In this document: positions 25,708 to 36,430 of the stretch, piece by piece
Layout of the letters: every line of letters begins with the position of its first letter
Position numbering within the stretch: position 1 is the stretch's first letter
From: Camelus dromedarius
Taxonomy: Eukaryota
Direction of reading: 5' to 3'
DNA: 64,000 nucleotides
Assembly (NCBI RefSeq): GCF_036321535.1
Contig: NC_087437.1
Location: 112,780,001-112,844,000 of the forward strand
The notes under the pieces: model-generated
The model's input: only the letters and a program-made list of their open reading frames with translations
Database searches by the model: none
What the model was told of the DNA's origin: nothing
Made by a program: the position numbers and the translations under genes

Positions 25708-26419
25708 TTTCTAAAAAGTGCATTGTGTATCGTCAGGGTAAGAAGTATTATTTCAATATATGGGTAAAACATTCATTTCTTACTGTGAGTTTTGGCTAAA
25801 AGAAACTTGAGAAACACTGGTTTCCATGATTCCTTTTGCCTGGAGCTCCCTTGGCCATTTTGAATGGATTTTCAAGGCTCTACTTAAGACCCACCTCCTC
25901 TGAGAAGCCTTAAATGGTCTTCATTGCTATGCGCTGCCAGTTCTGAAATATTTCTCAGCTCTGGAACACACCTCCCCCAAACCCCACTCCCTGCCAGAGG
26001 AGGCCATTTGACAGGAACCTGCAGAGACTCAGTTCTGATTTGGATCAAACCTGTTTTTGTTGGGGGTCGTTTCAAAGGTGCCATAAAGCAGTTCTGAGGA
26101 TGCAGAGTAAACCTCTGGCCTTACGTTCCAGACTTCTTATCGAGGTTTCTGTAACCAGTCCCCTTTGCATGCTTTGACTCTGGTGACAGGATTTATAGAC
26201 CCCCAACGTCAAGCATGGGTGGGCAGGTGGGGGCCTCTCAGGGCACTGCTGTGGTCACAGAAGAGCGAATGCTTAGGCCACTCTTTCCTGGTCACTCCCC
26301 TGGTGGCCATGTCACGTAAAGGGTGGTCCTTGCCTTGCTCCCATAGAACAGAATTAGTGAATATTGCTTTGTTGCCTTGGGGAAAATTATGGTTAGGCTC
26401 CTGCAAGCCTCTGGTCACA

Positions 26420-26918
26420 ATATTTTTGTTAGTGTGTTTCTGTTGAAGACACCACATTTAATACATGTTACTGATTCATGGACATCGAACTCACGGCCAA
26501 CAGAATAACATGTGCCTAAAGGAAGCTTCTGCAACACAAGTATTTTCTGCATAAGGCCCAGCCCTCTTATGGGTAGGCACCCTAGACAGCACTTCAGCAG
26601 TGTGCTTGGGGGACAACTTAGCAGTGAAGTCACCAACAGAAAGGGCAAAATGTGAAAAATGTGATGCTGAAGAGACTGGGAAAAGGACACTTGTGCACAG
26701 CACAAGAGCTGAAGTAAGAATGGAGAGCACTGCCTTAATCAGCCTCACTGGGAACATGTGCAGAGGTGATGCAAATTCTTCACTGCTCTGAGCATATGCA
26801 CGCCGGTGCGTGGAAGGTCGTCAAAGCGCCATGAGTACTGATTTGAGGGCTACAAATAAGTTTTAGCAAGTAGGAGAATTTGCAGCTATGGGATCCATGA
26901 ATAATGAGGATCAAGTGT
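26420..26918. mobile_element. MER82-like Tigger-family DNA transposon fossil
   Basis: Internal CTAGACAGCACTTCAGCA and terminal GGATCCATGAATAATGAGGATCAAGTG(TA), resembling the MER82 consensus as recalled. Confidence 0.75.
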
Positions 26919-27049
26919 AGACCCAGTGTCTGTCTGCCCAGTCCCCAGGACATTTGGCACTAAAGACAGGTGTAGCCCTTCCCTCATGAGCAGCGGACCA
27001 CCGTGGGAGACCAAACACAAGCCAACAGCGAACCGGTACGTCTATCCTT

Positions 27050-28900
27050 TCAAGTTGTGCTAAGTGTCATAAGGGAAACGGAAGGGTTCAGACCTCTCTG
27101 AAACCAGATGGGTTTGAGGAGACTATTCCAGGCTGTGGAAACCGTACATGCAAAGGCCCTGAGATGGGAAAAAGCTTAGAGTCTCAAGCTTCAAGCATTC
27201 AATCTATCAGCAGGTCCTTTTCGTTCTAATTTTCTAATATACCCAGAATCGTTCACTTCTCACCACCTCCCTGTACCACCCTGTGGCAAGGAATCAAAGG
27301 AGAACAGCGTGGCCGCAGCACAGACGGGAAGGGGAAGGTGGGCTGCGATGCTGGCAGGGGCCAGATCATGCAGGACTCGGGAAGCCCTGGAAAAGAGTTT
27401 GGCTGAAACTGAAATGCAGTGAGAAGCCAGATGTAGGTTTTAAGCAAGTGAGTGATGAGATGTGATTTGAATTCTAAGACCAAGTCCTCCTGAGAAGAGG
27501 AAGCATCCGGAGGGAGTAAGAGCAGAAGTGAGTTTTCCTGTGGTTGTCCTGGCAACCCTGAGCCTGGGGTGCTGGTAATGGAAGTGGAAATAGGTCGATT
27601 TAGAAGGTATGTCAGAGGTAGAAGGGACAGGACTTGCTGATGGCTGAGAGGTGGTGGGTGAGCAAATGAATGGTCAGGGAGCAGCCTGGGGGTCCTCTGC
27701 ACTCGGCCTCTCGGGCTCAGCTCTTCCTGTTCTTGGCCAGTCCGTCTTGTTTCTCCATCCTGGTCCTCAGGCTTGGCCCTGGCCACTTCCCACACTCTGA
27801 CCCCTAACTCTGAACTCCTTTCATACTTACTGTCTTTGTCTCCCTCCTGCCCTTGTCACACAATGTCCAGCACGGTTAGAAGCTTCTGCGTGTACCTTAT
27901 CTCTCCAGGTGGACTGAAGCACTCAGAGGGTTCTTTCCTCTTGTGTCCTATGTCACTTCTGATGACACCTACTTTGGTATCTCCCACTTGGACCCCACCC
28001 CCCTGAGTCCAAAATTCATTATCTCCAGCTGCTCACTCGGTGCCTCTATCGGAACGATTAAGGGGCATCTCAGATGTAACTTGTCCGAGACTGAGAGCCT
28101 AAACGCCCCCATTCTCAGCAAGTCCTTTGGGCTCTGCCCTCCAAATGCGCCTGCCATCTAACCATGCGTCACCATCTCCCCGCCCACCCTGTTTTAAGCC
28201 ACCACTATCTGTCACTTGGATCATGACAATGGCCTCGGATGAAGTCGTTCATATCCTTCGTCTCTCTGACCTCACCTCGTGCTGCTCTGTCCTCCCGAGC
28301 GCCACTCCTGCCACGCCGAGCCCCGTGCACTTCCTCAGTCATGGGGGCCTCGCTCCCACTCCGAGCCTCTGTGCTTGCTGTTCCCTCTGCCCGGAGGTCT
28401 TTCCTGCCACATCTGCTCTGCTCATCCCTTGTCTCCTTGAGTCTTCCCGCAAATGCCCCTTTTGGTGAGGTCTTCCCTGATCATTCTAATAAAAATAGCA
28501 AATACCCGCTCTTCCCGGACCCCTCCCCCACCTCCCTGATCCGTTCCCCCCACAGCGCTGATGATCCTCCGCTAGTCTATATATTTTCTCTTATTTATTT
28601 TGTTCATTGTCCATCTCGTCTTGCTAGAATGTAAACTCCACGAGAGGAAGAGTGTTTGTTTATTTTGTCACCATTGTGTCCCTGGCTCCTAAAACACTGC
28701 TGGCAAGTCCAGCTGCAAGGCCAGCCTCATTGGCCTTGTGCTCAGAAGACCCTGCACTTGGTTGAATGCTCTGCCATCCATATCTGGAAATCCTTGATAC
28801 ATTTTGAACAAGCCCCCTCACCTGTCTTCACTTCACATTGAGCCTCCACAGATTATGACTGCCAGGCATATAGTAGGGACTCAATAAATAATTTGCTAAC
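27050..28900. mobile_element. Cluster of L2 fragments in both orientations plus a MER91-like piece (about 28720-28860)
   Basis: TGCAAAGGCCCTGAG and GGGCCAGATCATGCAGG (one orientation); CTAGAATGTAAACTCCACGAG and CTCAATAAATAATTTG (opposite orientation). Confidence 0.7.
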
Positions 28901-31900
28901 TATTGACTGTGCTGGCTGGCAAAGCAGATGCGACATAAATGGTGGCTGTCGATCAACTGACTGGAGGGAGAGCTGATTCTTCATTCATTTCTTCATTCAT
29001 TTATTCCCTATGTCATGCCACAAATGTTTATTTATCTGAAGAGACTGGAATTAAGGTTTTTGCATACTGGCAGTGAACCTTGGGTATCAAGCTCACACAC
29101 CGTAGACTTGAGATATTTTAAGAAACACAACATCCTGTGATGTAAATATGATGGTCTCCATTTACAGAAGAGATGGGGAAAGTTGAGTAGTTGCCTGAGG
29201 TCACGTGCAGGGGAAAGCTGCGGTGAGTACCATGTTGTGTTGCCGGCGGGGCTGCGTTACAGGGCAGCTCTGGTGTCCTCAGTCCCTTCCTCCAGGATTG
29301 CTCCCCATTCTTGGACTTCTCCCAAAATAAACCTCTGCCCACCTTTTCTTACCTCCTTCTTTGCACCTTTCAGAATTGGAAAGGATCTGTTCTCACTCAT
29401 TAATTTCCTATTGTGAATTAACTAATCCACGTGTCACCTCTGCCAGGTGGAGTTACACTTTTAAGTCATCCCATAGGAACGAGAGGCAGTGCACTGAGGA
29501 CTTTAAAACCTCAGGAAGAAAGTGGTGAAGCCCTGGGATAGGCAGGGACCCCCAAAGCCCTGAAGTCACCCCCAAATCTGTCCACATATCAGGCCTGGAT
29601 ATAGAAATGGAAAACTAGTCTTTTGGCCACAGATTCTAGAAAGCTGTGAAATGCTAGGGAAATTCATTTTGAGTAACACCTTTTATGAGAAAAGAGAAAA
29701 TGAAAACAGTTAATCATAGGATGAGTTTTGTTAGACAAAAATAGCAATACAGGTAGAAACACAAATTAAAAAACTCAAATATGCACAGCTGACATCTCAT
29801 GAGGGTGGGAGAGCTGGTGATTAAGTCAGAAGTTACTGTCTACATCCTCTGGAACTTACCAGCTAAAAATGAGTACCAGACCTTAGCTATAAAATACACA
29901 GAAAACCAGTGCTACAGGAGCCGATGAAAAGGTGGCGGTTCCAAATGTTTGACCTTGGCACTTGTCTCTGTGGTTTCATTTGAAAATGGAGTATGCTTGA
30001 AATTCACAGAATTTATAAAATTTATGAAATACATAAGAATATAACATATAATATAAATACATATACGTTCTCTACATAATTATAAATGTAAGTAATAATA
30101 AATATGATATATAATATTATGTAGGCATATAATGTAAAAAAATAAGAAATAGATATAAGAAATATAAGTATTGAAATTGTGAGATTGTGTTTTGCACTCA
30201 GACCCACTTAGGATGCTTTAATTGGCAAGTAAAAGAAAATGAACCCAGCCCAGCTTGGGACAAAGCGAGGCTTTACTTATTAATTTATTGTTTCTGCTCA
30301 GGTGTGAGTTGGGTTGGGAATCTGTCTACCCACTTCGGTCCCTGCAGCTTGGCTCTCCCAGGCATCATCCCTTCTGGCTGTGGACTTGTATCTCCGGCAG
30401 AGGAACATGGTGCCTCATCTCCAGGTCTCTGTGGCTTGATGCCCAGAAAGGGGCAAGTGGAGCATCTCTTTCTCCCAGCAGGGACATGTGAAATTGTGGA
30501 CGAGCTGGACCGCCCTGCTTGGTTACACACCCCTTCCTTGGCCTTTCAGACTGGTGGGAGCCTTGAGGGCCCTGCTACTGGCCAGGCCTATGCCATTGTC
30601 ACCACCTCCTCAGGGGGCACTGAGGCTCAGCCCCGCAGAGCCACGTCAGCCTGGGGAGAAGCAGCTCCTCAAAGGAACAGGGAAGGGAAACAAGAATCTC
30701 CTATAATCTCAGCTTTCTTTTCCATGCTAACAAAAGGCATTTTCTCTCTGAGACTGATACAAAGCACTGCTTTTAAAAGAATGTTTATAAAGCCCTTTTG
30801 CCTGGTGTTTCCATAACCCAGGTGTTTTGCATTCCAGTCAAAGATTTGGATGAAAAAACCCCCAATCTAAGGATTAATTTATTTCTTATTTTGGGAGCAG
30901 TTGATAAAATGTGGGCTCTGACTTTAAACTAAAAATCTTATGCACAGCAAAGGAAACCATCAACAAAATGAGAAGGCAATCTCCTGAATGGAAGAAAATA
31001 TTTGCAACTCATATATCTAGGAGACTAATATAAAAAATATATAAAGAACTCATACAACTCAAAGGCAAACAAACAAAGAAAAATCTGATTTTAAAATGGG
31101 CAAAGGAGAGAGAAGCAAGATGGCGGAGTAGAAGGATGCTTGTAGCTCACCCTCTCCCACAAATACACCAAAACTCACACCTATGGACCTACTCAGCCAA
31201 CCAGAGCTCCTGCCGAACTCTGACAGAACATTGCCCTCTTAAAAAGACAAAGATGCCAAAAATCTGGTAGGAGAAAAGGAAAAAAGAAAGAAGAAAAAGC
31301 AAAACAGTGTGGGACCGATCCTGCGGGGAGGGAGTGGCAAAGGAGGACTAGCGCTTATTTGCTGGGTCTCCCCTCCAACGGAGAGGCCAGCGGGATGGAG
31401 GGGGAGCCTCCGAGGCTCAGATCTGCCCTGAGCACCCCTTGACTGACAGAACTGAGCTAAATGGGCACAAAGGGTCCCCGCAACACCCAGCCCCAGACGC
31501 GAGCTGGCAGCTGGGGCCGGGACAGGCTGCCCGAGCCGGGTGGAGGATGGGGACGGCTGCACTGAGGTGGCCCCGGGGGGCTGCAGGGGGCTGCGCGCCA
31601 TGGCTGGGAGAGGATACAGAGCAGAACAACCTCGGTCCCCCATAAATTGCGAAAAAAAAGCAAAGCAACACAGCTGGTGTGCCCTGGGGGGAGGGGCGCC
31701 ATAGTCTTTGTCTCCTCAGACCCGCGGCGCCATTACTTTTGCTTCTCGCGAGAAGAGAGGCGGGGGCGCAGCCACAGCCACCACCTCCTCCTGTGCGCAG
31801 CGCCCCGGCGGGGGCGGTGCTGAGACCTGCATCCGAACTGGGGGGCTCTGCAACCTCCTGCGCAGGACTGAGAATTGTTTACAGTCCGAGGCAGACAGGA

Positions 31901-32443
31901 TCTCTCTGCCCTGGCACCCCAGAGAACTTGCCCCGCCAAGACAAACAAGGAGCTGAGATTTGGCCTGGAGCAGGGACAGGGCGGTTCCGTGGTCTTCCCC
32001 GAGCCTGCCTTCGGAGCACCGACCAGAGGTGGAGCGGGCAGCTGCACAGAGCAGAGGAGCACCCAGTGCTGGGAGAGGACGGGTGGCCACCCCCCTTCCT
32101 GGCAGGAACACAGCACCTGACCATGGTGCTGGGAGGGCGTGCGATCCGCCCACCTGCCTCCCCCCCACCCCCTGACTGCGGCATCAGGAGGGGGAGTGAC
32201 CTGTCCGCCTACTGGGTAAGAGCTCAGCACCTGACCCAGTGTTGGGAGGGGGCGCGATCTGCTTGCCGACAGCCACTGTGAGCAGCACAGACAAGGGCAC
32301 CAACAGAGGGCCTCTGGAAACAGCAAGCTGAGTTCGTGAAACAGGGTGAAGACACAAAGACCTCTCGATAAAATCATTAAGAGCACACCATCTCCAGGAG
32401 AACTAGATAACTGATACTCCTTAAGCCACAGTGCCAGAGAGAT

Positions 32444-33174
32444 ATGAGCAATATGAAGAAGCAGAGGAACCACTCCCAATTAAAAGATCAAGAGAAATCC
32501 CCTGAAAGCACTATCAAGGAAATAGACATTGATGGCCTACTAGAGCAAGATTTCAAAAAAGGAGTGATCAAAGTACTGAAGGAACTAAAAGAAACAGTGT
32601 TTAGAGATATAAAATGTCAAAACTGAAACAGAAGCTATAAAGAAGAACCAAGTAGAATTAGTGAACTCATTTGCTGAGATGAGAGCTGACCTAAAGGCTG
32701 TACAAAGCAGGCTAGATAATGCAGAGGAACGAATAAGTGACCTAGAAGACAGGACAACAGAAAACACCCAATCAGAACAGCTGACAGAAAAACAAATAAA
32801 AAACAATGAAAGCAACATAAGGGACCTATGGGATAATATAAAGCATGCCAATCTACGCATAATAGGGATTCCAGAAGGGGAAGAAAGGACAAAGGGAATT
32901 GAAAAGGTATTTGAAGAAATCATGACTGAAAACGTCCCAAACCTAAAGAAAGAATCAGATATCCAAGTACAGGAAGCTCAGAAGGTCCCAAACAGGAAGA
33001 ACCCAAACAGACCCACACCTGAATGAAAAAAAGATGCAGCCTAGGATACTCTATCCAGCAAGGCTATCCTTTAGAATAGAAGGAGAGTTAAAGAACTTCA
33101 CAGACAAGCAAAAACTAAAAGAGTTTTGCAACACTAAACCCATGCTAAAAGAAATATTGACAGGTCTACTCTAA
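32444..33174 (+). pseudogene. L1 ORF1p remnant (frameshift near 32615, internal deletion near 33019)
   Basis: Fragments MSNMKKQRNHSQLKDQE..., ...RLDNAEERISDLEDR...LWDNIKHANLRIIGIPEGEE...NRPTP, then directly NEKKMQPRILYPARLSF...EILTGLL*. These are ORF1p coiled-coil, RRM and CTD motifs. Confidence 0.9.
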
Positions 33175-33317
33175 ATAGAAAAGAAGCATGATGCTACAAA
33201 AATGAGAAACTTATAACTGGAAAGGTGATAACTACCATGAATTACAAATAGAATAAACACAAAATTGTAAAAGAAGACATCTAAATCATTAAGAGTGGGA
33301 GAGGGAAGCAAGGAAAG

Positions 33318-33686
33318 CCACTGTGGAAAACAGTATGGAGATTCCTCAAAAGACTAGGAATAGACTTACCATGTGACCCAGGAATCCCGCTCCTGGGCAT
33401 ACATCCAGAAGGAACCCTACTTCAAAATGACACCTGCACGCCAATGTTCATAGCAGCATTATTTACAATAGCCAAGACATGGAAACAGCCTAAATGTCCG
33501 TCAACAGATGACTGGATAAAGAAGATGTGGTATATTTATACGATGGAATACTATTCATCCACAAAAACTGACAACATAATGCCATTTGCAGCAACATGGA
33601 TGTTCCTGGAGAATGTCATTCAAAGTGAAGTAAGCCAGAAAGAGAAAGAAAAATACCATATGAGATTGCTTATATGAGGAATCTAA
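33318..33686 (+). pseudogene. L1 ORF2p C-terminal remnant
   Basis: PLWKTVWRFLKRLGIDLPCDPGIPLLGIHP...[41 protein letters not shown]..., the canonical ORF2p C-terminus. Premature TGA at 33675-33677. Confidence 0.92.
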
Positions 33687-35039
33687 CAAACAAACAAACA
33701 AACAAAACAGAAATACAAAACAGAAACAGACTCATAGACATAGAATACAAACTTGTGGTTGCCAAGGGGGTGGGGGGTGGGAAGGGACAGACTGGGATTT
33801 TAAAATGCAGAATAGATAAACAAGATTATACTGTATAGCACAGGGAAATATATACAAGATCTTGTGGTAGCTCATAGCGAAAAACAAAATGTAACAATGA
33901 ATATATACATGTTCATGTATGACTGAAAAATTGTGCTCTACACTAGAATTTGACACAGCATTGTAAGATAACGATTACTCAATAAAAAAAGAAACAAAAA
34001 AAATGGGCAAAGGATCTGAAGAGACATTTTCCCAAAGAAGACATAAGATACATGAAAAGATGCTCAAATCACTAATCATCATGGAAATGCAAATCAAAAC
34101 CACAATGCGCTATCACCTCATACCTATTAGAATGGTTATTATCAAAAAAGACAAGAAATAACAAATGTTGGTGAGGATGTGGCGAAAAGGAAACCCTCTT
34201 GCAATGTCGGTGAGAATGTAAATTGGTGCAGCCATTATGGAAAACAATATGGAGGTTCCTCAAAAAATTAAAAATAAAACTACCATGTGATCCAGCAATT
34301 CCACCTCTGAGTATTTTACATTAAGAAAATGAAAGCATTAATTTGAAAAGGTATCTGCAGCCCCATGTTCATTGCAGCGTTATTTACAATAGTCAAGACA
34401 CGGAAACAACCTAAATGTCCACCAACAGGTGAATGGATAAATAAAATGATATGTATGTACATAAATCACATTTAAAAAATATATACATAATGATTATTCA
34501 GCCATAAAAAAGAATGAATTATTGCCATTGTGACAGCATGAATGGATTTTGAGGACATTATGGAATAATGAAATAAGTCAGACAGAGAAAGACAAATACT
34601 GTATGATCTCACTTACATGTGGAATCTGAAAGAACAAACAAAAACCTAAACTCATAGATACAGAGAGCAGATTGGTGGTTGCCAGAAGCAGGGGGGTGGG
34701 GAGTGGCAGGTGGGTGAAATGACTGAAGGGGGTCAAAAGGTACAAATTTCCAGTTATAACATAAGTAAGTCATGGGGATGTAATGTACAGCATGGCGATT
34801 ATAATTAATACTGTACCGCATATTTGAAAGTTGCTAAGAGAGTAGATCTTGAAAGTTCTCATTCCAAGAAAAAAAGTCTGTAACTATGTATGGTGATGGA
34901 TGTTAACTAGATTTATTCTGATGATCATTTTGCAGTATATAAAAATATCAAATCATTATATTGTACACCTTAAACAAATATAGTGTTACATATCAATTAT
35001 ACTTCAATTCAAAAACAAAAACAAAACAAACAACAATAC

Positions 35040-35215
35040 AAAACCTGGGCTCTGCAATCAGACAAATGTAGATTTAAATCTTGCTTTTGCTGCAAAGTAT
35101 AGGAACTTGGAAGCATTGCTTAGGTTCTGTTGGCCTCGTTTTCCTTGTCTGCAAGATGGGGATAAAATTATACCCCTCTGAGTTTTATGGTAAGGGTTAC
35201 ACAAGATAACATCTA
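35040..35215 (+). mobile_element. MIR SINE, 3' part (5' part at about 30893-30920), host of the nested L1s
   Basis: GGGCTCTGCAATCAGAC...GCCTCGTTTTCCTTGTCTGCAAGATGGGGATAA resembles the MIR core. Confidence 0.65.
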
Positions 35216-35689
35216 GTACAAAACAGCACTGAGTCTCAGCAGATGTTCTTTTATTTACCTTCCCCTTAGAGTACCAACTGAGTAGCTCTTAACCTCTTGT
35301 GATGCATTGGAAAAGCAAAAGGTGACAGCTTGCAGTGATGCTCTGTGCCTACTCTCATCACTCACCACGTTCATTATACTGAAATAATCCATCCAAGTCT
35401 TTTTCTTTTCCATTGGAAGGCAGGTTTGTTGAGACCCAGGGCCATGTGTTATCCATTTTTATGTGTCAAACTCAATGCCTGGAACATGATAGAGATTCAA
35501 TCAATGAGGAACTGCTGAACTATTGAACCACCAGGCAGAGCTTCTGAGGGTGGCCGATCAATGATGCCTTTAGAAAGGCAAGAGACATGGGTTAGACGCA
35601 CACAGAGCAAATGTATGACTACTTTGGGACTTGTTTAACCTGGGGTACATGTTTACTTGGACCCCAAAGGGATGTCTGTGAACATGTCA

Positions 35690-35940
35690 TCTTAGTGGTT
35701 AGAGGCAGCACAGGGAAGAGGTGGAATGACACTGCCTGGGCTTAAATCCCTATTCCACCACCTACTTGCTTGTGGGACCTTGGGCAAGTTTCTTGGTATA
35801 TTTGTACCTCAGTTTCCTCATCTTTAAAATGGGGCAATAGTGGTGCTGACCACAGAGGATTGTTGGGAGACTTAAATGAGATCATGTTAAAAAAAACAAA
35901 CCCTCATTACTTAGTATGTGCCCCATGTTATATTTGCTCA
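35690..35940 (+). mobile_element. MIR SINE
   Basis: ACCTTGGGCAAGTT...CCTCAGTTTCCTCATCTTTAAAATGGGG core. Further MIRs are likely near 215-370, 1030-1225, 5690-5900, 8380-8580, 21270-21410, 29120-29210 and 48770-48880. Confidence 0.85.
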
Positions 35941-36030
35941 GAATAAAAACTACTGTCTGATATATCAGATTTAGGCTGCGGGGGGGGGGGGGGGCCTGAT
36001 CAGGGGCCACTGGGCTTGCTCGGTAGTCAC

Positions 36031-36430
36031 TGTATTTGTAGGAGTACAGGCTTAGCTGCTGTAACAAAGACATTCCAAAATATGGTGACTTAATCAGATA
36101 GACGTTGATGTCTTTCCCATGTAACAGTCTGGAGGTCAGCAGTTCAGGGCTGTCAGGTCAGCTTTGCATCCTCAACATGGCGGATGGCTTCCTGGGCCAT
36201 CTTTGTGTTCTGAGGAGCCTGCGACAGTTCCTGTCATCTCCTTCCACCCATGGAAAGGGACAGAGGGACTGGGAATGGGGAGGGGATTATCCTTCCAAGT
36301 CTTTGAGGGGAAGATCAAGGAGTGACCCCCATTGCTTCTGCTAGCATTACTTAGTCACATGACCAAGCCCATTGCAAGGGCGGCTGGGAAATGTAGTCTT
36401 TGGCCAGACGGCCATGCTGCCAGCTAAAAT
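36031..36430. mobile_element. Old MaLR LTR (MLT1J/K/L-like)
   Basis: TAGCTGCTGTAACAAA...TTAGTCACATGACC...TGCAAGGGCGGCTGGGAAATGTAGTCTT. Confidence 0.7.

Larger units (their letters stand above)
31108..33999 (+). mobile_element. Young lineage-specific L1 with complete 5'UTR and 3' end but internally deleted (most of ORF2 missing)
   Basis: Starts with GAGAGAAGCAAGATGGCGG (YY1-type L1 start). GC-rich 5'UTR to 32443, ORF1 remnants, ORF2 C-terminus, 3'UTR, AATAAA and A-tail. Perfect 15-bp TSD AAAATGGGCAAAGGA (31093-31107 and 34000-34014) at a TT/AAAA endonuclease site. Confidence 0.93.
30921..35039 (+). mobile_element. Older 5'-truncated L1 (L1MA9-like), split by the young L1 into 30921-31107 and 34015-35039
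   Basis: ORF2 3' sequence is continuous across the young insertion. L1MA-type 3'UTR (GGTCAAAAGGTACAAATTTCCAGTTATA...) and A-rich tail. Degenerate TSD AAAATGTGGGCTCTG (30906-30920) / AAAACCTGGGCTCTG (35040-35054). Confidence 0.85.

Noticed and set aside
30187..30816. 209-aa ORF
   Set aside because: Non-ATG start, overlaps old MaLR-LTR-like sequence, and has no recognisable protein features or supported splice structure.
31733..32479. 248-aa antisense ORF (and overlapping 150-200 aa ORFs) in the L1 5'UTR, reminiscent of primate ORF0
   Set aside because: GC-rich, stop-poor sequence is open in several frames at once, and there is no recognisable domain. It would need conservation across many family copies to be credible.
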